From: Pelagomonas calceolata
Taxonomy: Eukaryota
Assembly: GCA_918797485.1 (NCBI GenBank)
Contig: CAKKNE010000001.1
Location: forward strand, 1,302,001 to 1,366,000
Length of the DNA stretch: 64,000 nucleotides
Direction: 5' to 3'
Shown: positions 31,327-41,900 of the stretch, in pieces
How positions within the stretch are numbered: position 1 is the first letter of the stretch
Layout: each line of letters begins with the position of its first letter
Made by a program: the position numbers and the translations under genes
The notes under the pieces: generated by a model
Database searches by the model: none
What the model was told of the DNA's origin: nothing
The model's input: the letters and a program-made list of their open reading frames with translations, nothing else

Positions 31327-34300
31327 ATGCCGGGCGGCGCCTGCATCGTCTGCGCCTCGCAAACGGACCAGGCGAGCCCCTGCTGCAAGATCCACGTGTG
31401 CCACGCGTGCCTCGAAGCGGCCGCGGCCGCGTCAGGAAGCTTGTTCGCCTGCCCGGCCTGCCGCGACCGAGACGCGTTCCGAAAACATGCGGCGGAACGG
31501 GGCGTGAACATGTACGAGGGCGTCCCGGACTACGTGGAGACCGGCACCGCGGCAACGAACGACCGCTTCTGCTGCGCGACGCACTGCCGGAGCCCGCACG
31601 GGCCGGCCTACGACACGACGGCGTCGCGGCCGACGCGCCGCTCCGTCTCCGACCAGGCCATGTGGCAGCTCGTGTCCTGCGAGTTATGCGGTTCCAAAAG
31701 TATACATATCGGGTGTTCTGGTAGATCCCTAAACGTCGACTTAACGAGGTGGCGCTGCGACGACTGCGGCGGCACCGAGGACATCCCCGAGCCGCCCGTG
31801 GAACAATTCGAGGTGCAAGTTCCTCAAGTGCCGACGCTGACGGGCCGACGGCGGCGGCGCCGGCGGCCGCGCGACGCGAGAATAGGACGGTGGGTCGAGG
31901 TCTACTGGGCGGGCGACGCGGCCTGGTATCTAGGAAGGGTCGCCTCGCAGCGTAACGGGCGCTTCAAGGTCGCCTACGCCGACGGCGAGACGGTGTCGCA
32001 GGCGTTGATGGACGAGGCGTTCGAGGGGGCGACGCCGCCGCCCCAGCCGGACGGCGCGCCGGAGCCGTGGCGCTTCGCGGAGGCGCCGCCGGCGGCGGAA
32101 GCGCCCGGCGAGCCGCCGGCCAGGGCGCGCGACGCCGCGGTGGCCGCGCCTCCGCCGCCCTCGACGGCGTCCGAAGCGCCGCCGGCCGCTGCCAAAAAGG
32201 CAACGGCGTCGCTCTTCGCCGTCGGCGAGCTCGTCGCCGACGCCGACGCGCCGCAGCACGCGCTCGAGGTCGTGGCCGTCCATGGCGACGCCTACACGCT
32301 GCGCTACCGCGACGCCGGCGCGTGGCGGGGCCAGGAGGTGACGCTTAGTTCAAGCCGCCTCGTCGCCTTCGGGGCCGCGCTGCCGCGCCGGCGGCGCGCG
32401 CCTCCCTCGGCACCGCCGCCCGCGCGCCCGTCGGCGCCGCCAACGGCCCCGCTGGCCGCAGAGGCGCCGCATCCCGCGCCCGCCGCGCGGCCCGCGCCGG
32501 AGCCGACAGAGGAGCCGATGGCGCCCGCCGCGGCGTCGCCGCGCGGCAGCGTCTCCGAGGACGTCCTCGCGGCGGCCCCCACCTCGTACGACGACGCCGC
32601 GGCCATCGAAGCCCAGGCCGCGGAGGCCGAGGACGTTTTTGCGGCCGTGTTAGATGATGACGACGCCATCGACGATGACGACGCGCCGCTCGACGCCTTT
32701 GACGTGACGGAAGAGGACCCGTTCGAGTTGGGGGCGGCGCGCATGGCCGCACGCGAACACGATGAACACGAGCTGGACGGTTTTGAGATCGGCGCCGGTT
32801 TACTCATTGACGATGACCAGGAGGTCTCGGAGACGAATCAAAGACCCGGCGCGAACGTCCGGAGGACTGTTTTAACTGGTGAGGAAGCGAGGCGGGCGCA
32901 CGCGGAAATGTTGCATGAACGCCGGCCGCGGCGCGAGTGCGCGACGACCAGCACAACAACCACCACAACAGTAGAGGAGGATGAGGAGGAGGAACCCGTA
33001 GTGAAGCCTACGGCGATCAAGAGAAGACGTAGGAAGCCCGTCGTGGACCCGCCGACGGCCTGGGCTAGTCGTGCAACGTTACCGCTCTGGGTCGTCTGGT
33101 GCCGCTGCGGTTTGAAGGCCTGCAACGCCAATTCGAGGGAGGAGGAGATGTGGCAGTGCGACCGGTGCCACTGCTGGCGGCACGCGCGGTGCTGCAAAGG
33201 GGAGTCTCCGGGCGACTGCGGGTGCGGTCGAGGCGACGCGGCTCGAAGAGTGGCTCTCGCGAAAGCTTCTTGTGAGTCCAAGGAAGACCGCCCTCTAGCG
33301 GATGCGCTAGTCATCAGGCAGCGGCTCGCGGCCGTGTGCGCCATATCCGAGCGCTCTCCGGGTCTGCTACCTTCGGAGGTCGTAAGGTCGTTCGGCAAGT
33401 GCTGGTTGAATGCGGACGCGCTCGCGAAGACTATACTCCATAGAAACGGCAATCTAGAAGCGTCTTCCGTCATCGCGGTGATAAACGTGCGGAAGGCGGC
33501 GGACGAGCTGCGATCTTCACTCCAGCAAGCGCGAAGGGTGGTCCGAGGCGATGCGCGGGCCGTCGCGGCGGTTGCCGCGGCGGCGAGGCAGCTGCCGTCG
33601 TCCGAGGACCGGGCGTCCTTCAACGAGCACGCCCGAGCGCTCTTTGATAGATTGGGCAGCGTCGAGGCCCGCCTGAAGAGACTCGTCGAGGGCAGGCCCG
33701 TCGTGCAGGTCGAGGACGATGTTGCGGTGGTAGCTTCGTTCGACTTTGCGCACACGGCCGGTTCGGTTTTAGATTCCGACCGGTGGTGCCCAGCTCAAGG
33801 TTCTCGTTCCATCGGCGCGGACGCGACATACAAGCGACCGGGGTGTTCTGACTACCTCATTATACGCGCTAGAAAGGACCACCAAATCCAGTATTCGGGG
33901 CCTCCTCGCATAATAGCGAGGGGTTTCGGCGACGCTTCTGTGGATGTCGTGGCCGTCGACGCCGATGGGCGCGCGCGGGCGGCGTGCGGGCTGGCTCCGA
34001 TTCAAGTCGGCGTGCTAGCTTGTACGCGACTGGTCGAGGCGGAGGACGATGTTTTATTGGACGTGGTCCTGCCGGCGACGCATCGGTTGGCGCGGCAACT
34101 CGGAGCGAAAGTCGTCGCCGCGGCGCAAGGCCCCTGGCCCGATCACTTGCCCTTCTCGCCCGGGACCTACAAGGCGCCCAAAGGTAGTACATCGTTAACG
34201 CTCGACGACCTCGATGCCGAGGAATCGGACGAGGAGGAGTCTTCGGACGAGAGCGAGGCCGAGGCGCTTCCGGTCCGACCGTCGTGGGGCTCGGCGTGGA

Positions 34301-35325
34301 AACAACCGATCGATGGCGTGAAGGCTGACGGAGGACTCACTGGTTGCCTTCCACGCAGGTCGAAAGGAGGCCGCGAACCGCCGAGGAAGCGGAGCGCGCC
34401 GCCGCCACGCAAGGGCGCCTTCCCGTCGGCCTGGGACTACCAAGTAAAACCCCCACCGCCGAAGAAGAAGCCGCCGCCCGTTATCATCAGGCACACGCGG
34501 CCGCCGCCGCCCCCCAAACCGCCCGTCGTCAAGGTGTCCAAGGACGGCGTTGTTACTAGAGATAACCGAGAAGACGAGTCCCAGCGGACGCACCGGCGCT
34601 ATTTATTATTAGCGGCGTTGGGCGGCTCGCAGCACGCGTCGGCGACGAAGGTCGCCGCCGCTTTAGAATCGCGCGTCTGGACGGCCTGCCCCGCTTCATT
34701 GAGAGGGGCCTGCGTCGAGCGATTGGCGGAGTGCCTCGCGAAGAAACGTAGTGCGCGCGACGCTTTGCTGAGTGGCCAAGTGGCGCCGGCCGACGCGGTC
34801 GCTGAGGCCGCAAGGAGGGCCGCGAAGCGCAAGCCCGTCGTCCAGGCGCCTCCGCCGCCTGTCGTGAAGAAGCGGCCGAAACCGGAGGCGCCCCCGCCGG
34901 TGCGCGTCGAGCAGCGCGTCGCCGAGGCGGCGAAAAGGCCTTTACCTGTCCAATCATCAGCATCAGCAACGGTAAAGCCGCCGGACGCCTGGGCCGCGCT
35001 GACCGTCGCGGCGCCACCTGCGGCGACGCCGTCGCCGCCGGCGCCACAGCCGCCTCAACAGCCGCGCGCGCCGCCGCCGCCCACGGAAGCCTCCTTCGCG
35101 CGCGAGATGAAACGGGCGGTGGCGTCCTTTTTAGGATTGCACTTCGAGCGCGGCCGTATTTCATCAGACGCCATGGCCCGGTTAGGACCGAAGCTCGCCA
35201 AGGCGCTCGTCGCGAAGCACGCTTCTCGGTCTTCGGACTTTGCGTTCACGGACAAGGTCCGGTCGAAGGTGCGGAAGTACGTCGACGAGTATGTGGAAAG
35301 GAAGGGGGCGGAGCTGCGGCGGTAG
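31327..35325 (+). CDS. Chromatin-associated multidomain protein (RING/PHD fingers, Tudor/Agenet, second PHD, probable C-terminal SRI-like domain)
   Basis: CELCGSKSIHIGC...WRCDDC; GRWVEVYWAGDAAWYLGRV..FKVAYADGE; WCRCG..MWQCDRCHCWRHARC; C-terminal DKVRSKVRKYVDEYV. Confidence 0.8.
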   Translation: MPGGACIVCASQTDQASPCCKIHVCHACLEAAAAASGSLFACPACRDRDAFRKHAAERGVNMYEGVPDYVETGTAATNDRFCCATHCRSPHGPAYDTTASRPTRRSVSDQAMWQLVSCELCGSKSIHIGCSGRSLNVDLTRWRCDDCGGTEDIPEPPVEQFEVQVPQVPTLTGRRRRRRRPRDARIGRWVEVYWAGDAAWYLGRVASQRNGRFKVAYADGETVSQALMDEAFEGATPPPQPDGAPEPWRFAEAPPAAEAPGEPPARARDAAVAAPPPPSTASEAPPAAAKKATASLFAVGELVADADAPQHALEVVAVHGDAYTLRYRDAGAWRGQEVTLSSSRLVAFGAALPRRRRAPPSAPPPARPSAPPTAPLAAEAPHPAPAARPAPEPTEEPMAPAAASPRGSVSEDVLAAAPTSYDDAAAIEAQAAEAEDVFAAVLDDDDAIDDDDAPLDAFDVTEEDPFELGAARMAAREHDEHELDGFEIGAGLLIDDDQEVSETNQRPGANVRRTVLTGEEARRAHAEMLHERRPRRECATTSTTTTTTVEEDEEEEPVVKPTAIKRRRRKPVVDPPTAWASRATLPLWVVWCRCGLKACNANSREEEMWQCDRCHCWRHARCCKGESPGDCGCGRGDAARRVALAKASCESKEDRPLADALVIRQRLAAVCAISERSPGLLPSEVVRSFGKCWLNADALAKTILHRNGNLEASSVIAVINVRKAADELRSSLQQARRVVRGDARAVAAVAAAARQLPSSEDRASFNEHARALFDRLGSVEARLKRLVEGRPVVQVEDDVAVVASFDFAHTAGSVLDSDRWCPAQGSRSIGADATYKRPGCSDYLIIRARKDHQIQYSGPPRIIARGFGDASVDVVAVDADGRARAACGLAPIQVGVLACTRLVEAEDDVLLDVVLPATHRLARQLGAKVVAAAQGPWPDHLPFSPGTYKAPKGSTSLTLDDLDAEESDEEESSDESEAEALPVRPSWGSAWKQPIDGVKADGGLTGCLPRRSKGGREPPRKRSAPPPRKGAFPSAWDYQVKPPPPKKKPPPVIIRHTRPPPPPKPPVVKVSKDGVVTRDNREDESQRTHRRYLLLAALGGSQHASATKVAAALESRVWTACPASLRGACVERLAECLAKKRSARDALLSGQVAPADAVAEAARRAAKRKPVVQAPPPPVVKKRPKPEAPPPVRVEQRVAEAAKRPLPVQSSASATVKPPDAWAALTVAAPPAATPSPPAPQPPQQPRAPPPPTEASFAREMKRAVASFLGLHFERGRISSDAMARLGPKLAKALVAKHASRSSDFAFTDKVRSKVRKYVDEYVERKGAELRR

Positions 35326-35648
35326 CGCGTGTGTAATTTGTTGTCAGTTTGATTCGTAGGTTGGCGCGCGGGCCGCGACTCACCTCAAAGTGCCAAAAAC
35401 GCACTCCGCCGCTCCGTACCTCTCCTGCACGACTTAGATGAGCCGTCCACGTCACGAAAGAGCCGTATGGAGGCAGGCCCCAGGCCCCTCGAGATGGCCA
35501 ACACAGCAAGCTCTGCGGCGTAAAAGACGGCCTTCCGAAACGGCTGCGACCTCCAATCTGGTCGGAAGCCGTCCTGATACACGCAGTCGGCGGCCACGCA
35601 GCCGAAATTTTAAACTCCGACGGCTAAGGGCTCCGACCAGACACAGTC

Positions 35649-36506
35649 ATGTCCAAGCCCATCTTCGCGGGCGCCGCGGGCGGTCTCACGACTCTTCTAC
35701 TCATCAGCGCAGCCGCAGCAGCCATGTCCACCACAATCACCAAGCAGCGCGTGACGCTCGGAAGAGTCCGGCCCATCGTCGCGCCGAGCGTCGCGAAGGC
35801 GAATTTTCTCGCGCTCGGCGCCGAGCTCGAGGCGTGCACGGCCGCGGGCTGCGAGTGGCTCCACTGCTCGGTCCAGGACGGTGTGTTTGTTCCCAAGGTC
35901 AGCTTCGGCGCGCCGGTCGTCGCCGCCGCGCGCAAGGCGTGCCCCGACACGGTCATCGACGTCAAGCTCGGGTGTATCGACCCGGAAAACCGCGTCGCGG
36001 AATTCGCGGCCGCCGGAGCGGATGCGATCTCATTTCACCCTGAAGCCACGAAACAACCGGCCGCAGTAGCTCAGCGCATCCGCGACGCCGGCGTGGCGCC
36101 CGGCATCGTGCTCAACCCCGGGACCGCGGTCGCGTCCGTCGCGCCTCTCCTGGATATGGTAGACATAGCAGTGGTCATGCTGGTGTCGCCGGGCCACGGC
36201 GGCCCGAAGTACACCGAACAGGCCGTCGAAAAAGTCAAGGCTTTGCGCGCGCTACGCCCGGACCTGCACATCTCGGTCGACGGCGGAGTTAACGAGAAGA
36301 TCGCCCCCGAGTTACTCCGGGCGGGCGCGAACGTGCTTGTCGCGGGCGGCGCCATCTTCAAGGCCGACGACAAAAAGGCGGTCGTCGCGGAGCTGATCAG
36401 GAACGCGCCGCACAAGCGTGGGAATGACATCCAGGCGGCCGATGACCATTCCGGACCTGCCGGCTCCGCTTCTGCCTTCGAAGACGACGCTTGCCCTGAC
36501 GCCTGA
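35649..36506 (+). CDS. Ribulose-phosphate 3-epimerase-like protein with N-terminal targeting extension; two metal ligands substituted
   Basis: IVAPSV, GIVLNPGT, MLVSPGHGG, ISVDGGVN and AGANVLVAG match RPE. HxD reads HCS and DVHL reads DVKL. Confidence 0.85.
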   Translation: MSKPIFAGAAGGLTTLLLISAAAAAMSTTITKQRVTLGRVRPIVAPSVAKANFLALGAELEACTAAGCEWLHCSVQDGVFVPKVSFGAPVVAAARKACPDTVIDVKLGCIDPENRVAEFAAAGADAISFHPEATKQPAAVAQRIRDAGVAPGIVLNPGTAVASVAPLLDMVDIAVVMLVSPGHGGPKYTEQAVEKVKALRALRPDLHISVDGGVNEKIAPELLRAGANVLVAGGAIFKADDKKAVVAELIRNAPHKRGNDIQAADDHSGPAGSASAFEDDACPDA

Positions 36507-36551
36507 ACATACATACCTGTCCCTTAAATAACATGTTGATTGAATCTACTC

Positions 36552-38314
36552 TTACGCGGTGCCGTCGTCGTCTTCCATGACGTCCTCGTCGCCGTCGTCG
36601 GGGATTTCGTCGCCGTCGTCGGGGACGTCGCCGTCGTCGTCGATGTCGTCGTCCTCGAAGTCCTCGGCGTCGTCCGAGTAGCTCGTCGGCGACGTCGGCG
36701 ACGTCGGCGCCGGCGCCGGCGCCGCGGCAGCGCCGGGCACGAGCCGCTGGAGCATCCTCATCGTGTCCCGCGCGACGTCCGCGACCGTCACGCCGCGGCT
36801 CCGGAACGGCGTCCGACACGAGGGACAGTCGTGCCGCGACTCGCCGAGCGACTGGTTTATAGCTAAACAATCGGAGCAGAAGACGTGGCCGCAGGGCACC
36901 TGGACCGCCCGCTCGACGGCGTCCAAGCAGATGGGACAGGACAGCTCCTCGCGCATCGCGTCGACCCACGACGTGTCCGCGTCCTCGCCATGTGAGGCGA
37001 TGATGGCGGCCCAGCGCGGAGGTAGCTGGGTGGGGAGGGCGAGGCGTCGCGGCGGCTTGTCGCTCGAATCGGGCGCCATCGGCGACGGCGACACGACGTC
37101 GGCGGCCTGCGTCAACGTGAGCAAACGGTGGGCCGGCGGCGCCGTCACCTGGCGCGGCGGCATCGGCGGCGGCGGCGGCGGCGGCGCCCAGTCGTCGCGA
37201 TTCATAAGGTTCCAGTGCTGCTCGACGGCCCACGCGCTCCGTTCCGTGCCGAGGCTCTCCGAAATACCTTCGAAATCATCCCCGAGCTGGCCGACGAGGT
37301 CGCGCAGGTGCCGCTCCTCGGCGGGCGTCCAGCGTCGCCACACGCGCTGGACTGGCGCGGGCCCCTCCTCCTCGTCCTCCTCCTCGGCCTGGAGGCGCCG
37401 CGCGAGCGCGGCGTCGGCCTCCTCCTGGCGCTGCCGCGCGTCGCCGCCGCGGCGCTTCTTGGGCTTGGCCGCGTCCTCGACCCACTCGTCGTCGTCGCCG
37501 CCCCGGCGCCGGCGGTCCTGGCCCGGGATCTCGGTCATATTCTGCCAGTGTCGCTCGACGGCCGACGGCGACCGCCGCGTCCCGAGGCGCGCCGTGATGT
37601 CGGCCCAGCCGGAAGCACCCAACCTTTTCTCCGGGTGGCCCGCCGCGGCGACCATCTCCCTGAGGCGCCGCTCCTCGGCGGCGGTCCAGCGGTCACATAA
37701 CCGCCGGGGCACGGTCACGCTCTCGCCGCCCTGGCCCTCCATGAGCTTCCAGTGCTGGTCGACGGCGCCTGCGGTGCGCCCCGTGCCCAGGCGGTCGGCG
37801 ATCTCGGTCCACCTGCGTCGTAACACGTCGCGTCGGAGGAGAGAGGGAGAGAGTCGCGGCGATGGCGTAGACATCGGACGCCGGCCGCTCACCGGTTGCC
37901 GAGCTCCTTGACGAGCCCCCGCAGCTTGTTTTCCTCGGACGTCGTCCACGAATTCGACCGGAGCGGGCTCTTTTCAACGACGGTGAGGAAGCGCTCGGGC
38001 GTGGCCCAGACTAACCCATCATCATCGTAGCGCACGCGCCAGACGGGCCCGCCCACCTCTTCCTCGGACAGCGCCGGGCGGCCGCTGTCGTGGCCGTCCG
38101 TCGTGCCGCGCTCCACCACGGTCCCGCGGAACTTTACCTTGGAGCGGCCCCGCGCGAAATCTTCTCCGAACGCCTCCGCGGCGGCGTCGACGACGGCGCC
38201 TTCGCGGACGCCGCCCGGCGCCGCCCTTGGTTTTGGGCCCTGGGTTTGGACCCACGCGCCCGTCGCGGTGTCCCAGCGCTTGCCCTTGGGCGGCCGGCCG
38301 GGCGGCTGCGACAC
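36552..38314 (-). CDS. Myb/SANT-repeat and RING-finger protein; at least 2 exons, start unresolved
   Basis: Repeated WT..EE..L..LV...W..IA..LGT.R....V.QHW; RING CPICLD..VPCGHVFCSDC..CPSCR. GT-AG intron 37892-37813 joins ELGNR-WTEIA. No in-frame ATG was found upstream. Confidence 0.78.
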
Positions 38315-38457
38315 GTTGAGCCCTCCGGCCGGTTGAGAAACGGAACCGTCCTCATTGACGTTGCGCGCCTCGAACTGGAGGCGCTTCGCCTTGATCGTCG
38401 ATGTCGGACACGTGTCCCCATTAATGCGTCGACGCGAGCGGCGGCGCGTCGGCTCTG

Positions 38458-38847
38458 TTGCATCTCCGCGAGGACACTCGAAGGGTGCTTGGGAGCATCG
38501 CCGCGTGCCTACGACCGCCCTTCGATGCCGTGCCGGACGGGCTCGGCGCGCTCGTGTACGGGACCACTACGACGCTCCTCGACCGGCTAGAAGTCCAGGA
38601 GACCGTCGCGGGGAGCGCGTCGCTACCAAGGCGCGTCGTCCTTGAGGACGGCACACCAAGACGGTTCCATCTGCGCTGGACGACGTTCCTCGTGCTCTAC
38701 GGAGACCTCGCCAAGGAGCTGCGCGCGTTCGTCGACGTGGCCGACGCGTGGCTCGAGACGCTGCCGAACCGCCCACGCAAATTTGCGAGAGACGAGTCCG
38801 GAGTCGAGGCCGACGAGGACATAGATGATGGCGAGGGCGCGGCCTAA
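38458..38847 (+). CDS. Hypothetical protein fragment (no clear ATG)
   Basis: Coding-like GC3 pattern; its 3' end is duplicated just downstream. Confidence 0.35.
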   Translation: MHLREDTRRVLGSIAACLRPPFDAVPDGLGALVYGTTTTLLDRLEVQETVAGSASLPRRVVLEDGTPRRFHLRWTTFLVLYGDLAKELRAFVDVADAWLETLPNRPRKFARDESGVEADEDIDDGEGAA

Positions 38848-38939
38848 GAATCATCATAAAAATCTACGAGAGATGAACACGTGGAGGCCACAACCTGGAC
38901 GACGGCGAGGGCGCGGCCTAAGAGTCATCATACAAAATA

Positions 38940-41900
38940 TTATAATTCCGGCGTCCCGAGGACGTCCTCCTGCTCCTGCAGCTTCCAGTTGTCCGGCTTG
39001 GACCAGGACGTCTCGCCGGTCTCGGCGCAGAAATAATAAGTGCGCCCTTGATCGTCTTCGTGCTCCTCCCACCTAGGAGTTTGGAGCGGCGTCTTCGGAC
39101 GACTCCCCGCCGTGCCGGGCCGCGAGCCGCTCGTTCCCGGGCGCTTCGTTGGCGACCGCCGCTTCGGCGACGGCGTGAGCGGCGAGGCGGGGCCGTCGGG
39201 CGGCGACCGCATGGCCTCCGCGTCCAGCGTGACCTTCTTCTTCACAGGAGTTTTCTTCTTAGAAGAAGCGGCTTTCGCCTCGCGCTCCGCCCGCAGCCGC
39301 TTCCTTTCTTCGTCTTTCGCCCGGGCCTTCGCCAGGCGCCGTTCCTCACGCAACCTCTTCTTCTCCTCCTTGCGCGCCTCTTTAGCCGCTTCCTTGCGCT
39401 CCATCCTTTCTTCCGCGGTCTCCTTGGAAGCCTCCCTTGCCTCGTCGTCGGTCGACTCATATTCGGACTCGGCCTCCTCTTCACTCTCGGACTCGATCCA
39501 GTTCTTACGGTTCGCCTCCTCCGCGATCCTCTCGATGAGCTCCTTCTCACCAATCCACTGGTCGTCGGACAACCGGTCCGGCTCCACAAAGTTCTGGACG
39601 TCGGGGTCCAGCGCGTCCCGTTCGATCTCGTACCGTCGGATCGTCGCGTCGAACTCCGGCGGCCTCGTCAAAACGAACCAGGTCGGCGGCGCCTCCAAGT
39701 TCGCGTAATGTACTGTATCTCTCATTTTGCGGTACTTTCTCGGGGAGGCGGCCATACTCGCTAGATAAGCCGCGTGGCGGCGCCACATTTCGACCGTGGA
39801 CGCGGCTCGTTCCGGCGCGGCCAGCGACAAGCTCCGTTTGATGCGGTATAGGGGCGGCTCCAATCGAGGCGTCGGCGGCGGTGTGAGTTCACCTGGTAAC
39901 AGTTCGGGCTTGGGCGGCGCCATCAATTTCGCGAAGTCCAACAGCTTCTGTTCCTTGAGGTACGCGCGCCGATCCAGAACGTCCTTGTCCCTCGTGATGA
40001 GGTCCCTGATATGTAGTGGTGGTTTTGGCATTTCGGGAGCGTGGAAGAGGTGCGGACACGCGGTCGACGTAGCTAACGCAGCCTGTAGTGTCGTAGGGGC
40101 CTGCTTGTACCTTCGTAATTCTTCGCACTCGAGCAAATCGTCGCTCAGGAGCCACTTCCGCGCATCCTCCAACGACTCGACGACGCCTTCCCGCGACTCG
40201 CGCGTTTGCATGCCGTCGTATTCGTCCTGCGCGGCTTCTGTGGACGATCGAACAGGCTTCTCGTGCACGAAGAGAGGTAGCAGATCTTGCAGGTTCAGAG
40301 GTGTCTCCTCCTCCTCGTCCTCCACCAACTTACGCCTCCTTGCACGCCTCTCGGCTCTTTCCGCTTCCGCCGCTTCTTGCTGGAGCTGCTGTTTCCGGTT
40401 CACCGCAGACACGACTTCCTCTTCCTCGGGCTCGACATACACAAAAGACTTGTCCTCAAAACAATGCTTCTGGTACAAATCATCACGACTCATTCGCGAA
40501 TCCAAGACCCGGAGTTGGTCCCTCCGCGTAAACCGCACTCTACTATAAAGTGCCTCCGGCCCGCTGATCGATGCTCTGCGTCGTAAGAATTGGGACGCCT
40601 CCCTATCGACCTCCCGTAACGCGCGTTGCCGCGCCGACAAGACAAATAGGTTCACGTCCGGGTCGGGCACGAGCCCGAGCTCGACCCGAAAATCGCCGCC
40701 AGCAGGCAGTTCTCTCGTTAACAAAGCCGTCTCCGCCAACGTCGCACGCTCGTCCCGGTAGTGCCGCCGGTGCCACTGGCGAAGGGCCCGTCGACTTCGT
40801 AACCGCACGTCCGACTCCGGTAGTAATGGATCACCCACACCTGTAGCTGCTGAGATAGCTCTAAGAGCCACGACCTGGTTCTCGCAGGCCTGCAGGATGA
40901 TCTGGCACTTCAGGTACTTTCTGACCGCATGGCCCTCCACATCAGCTTCAGCCATCCTCGGCCGCTCCATGCGCGTCACCTTGTCCTCGCGCCACGTGTC
41001 CGCGCGGCGCCAGACCGCTTGGCGTATCTTCGAATACACGTGGGTCGTCGCCGCATATCTCCTAGAAAAAGCTACGGAGGCTCGGAACGCCGCGCGCTTC
41101 CGCTGATGCGCGATCCACCGGCCAAATCTCTGCAGGATGATAGCCTTGTCTTCATCGTATGCTTCCTCTGTTGATACTTGTAGTCGCTTGCACGTCCCTC
41201 GAAACCCGCACTCGCAGAGCTGCGGGTACAAACTACTGAGAGGCGGTTCCGCGTCCACATTCCCGGAAGCACCTATGCGAGGCCCGCCCGTCGACCGCGC
41301 CGGCAGCTTCAGAGCTAATTCCTCGTCGACCTCGACGATCTCGTGGCCCGCGTGGCACATGCGCGCGCACCAGGGGCACAGCGCGAGACAGTCGCAGGTC
41401 TTGCAGTACTTTATCGGTGTACTTTCAAAGGCTTTCGGGGACGATTGATGAGGATGCAAGGGCGACGTCGGCGACGAACGCACGCAGACGTAGTTGAGCT
41501 TCGTCAGAGCGCAGCACGCGCTCCTTTGGAGTCCGACGTGGGCGTTCGGCGCTTCCAGGGGCCTCGACTCCCGCAACTTCCTCCCGATGGACTTGTGCTT
41601 CAAGGCTATGGCGAGCGTGTGTCGGTCGCCGGCGGCCACTTTCAAAAACTGGTGCTTTCCAGAAACCTTCTCGGGACCACATCTGTTCCTATCATCACCT
41701 AATCCGAGCTCGCCGCGCCAGCCCTTGCCCCAGGCGTACAGGTCGCCATGAGCGGTAACGGCCAACGAGTGCGCCTTGCCGCAGGCCACCTGTTGCACCA
41801 CCTCATTTCTCGGGAGCTTGACTCTTGTTGGAAGTGCCCGATCTGTCATGCATTCATCACCAATCTGCCCGTTCCCACCGTAGCCCCACGCATAAACATG

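Noticed and set aside
37813..37892. 80-bp intron as an introner family member
   Set aside because: No TIR or convincing TSD; treated as an ordinary intron.
36763..37911. 382-aa plus-strand ORF
   Set aside because: Antisense to the Myb/RING gene; Ser/Arg-rich with no independent signal.
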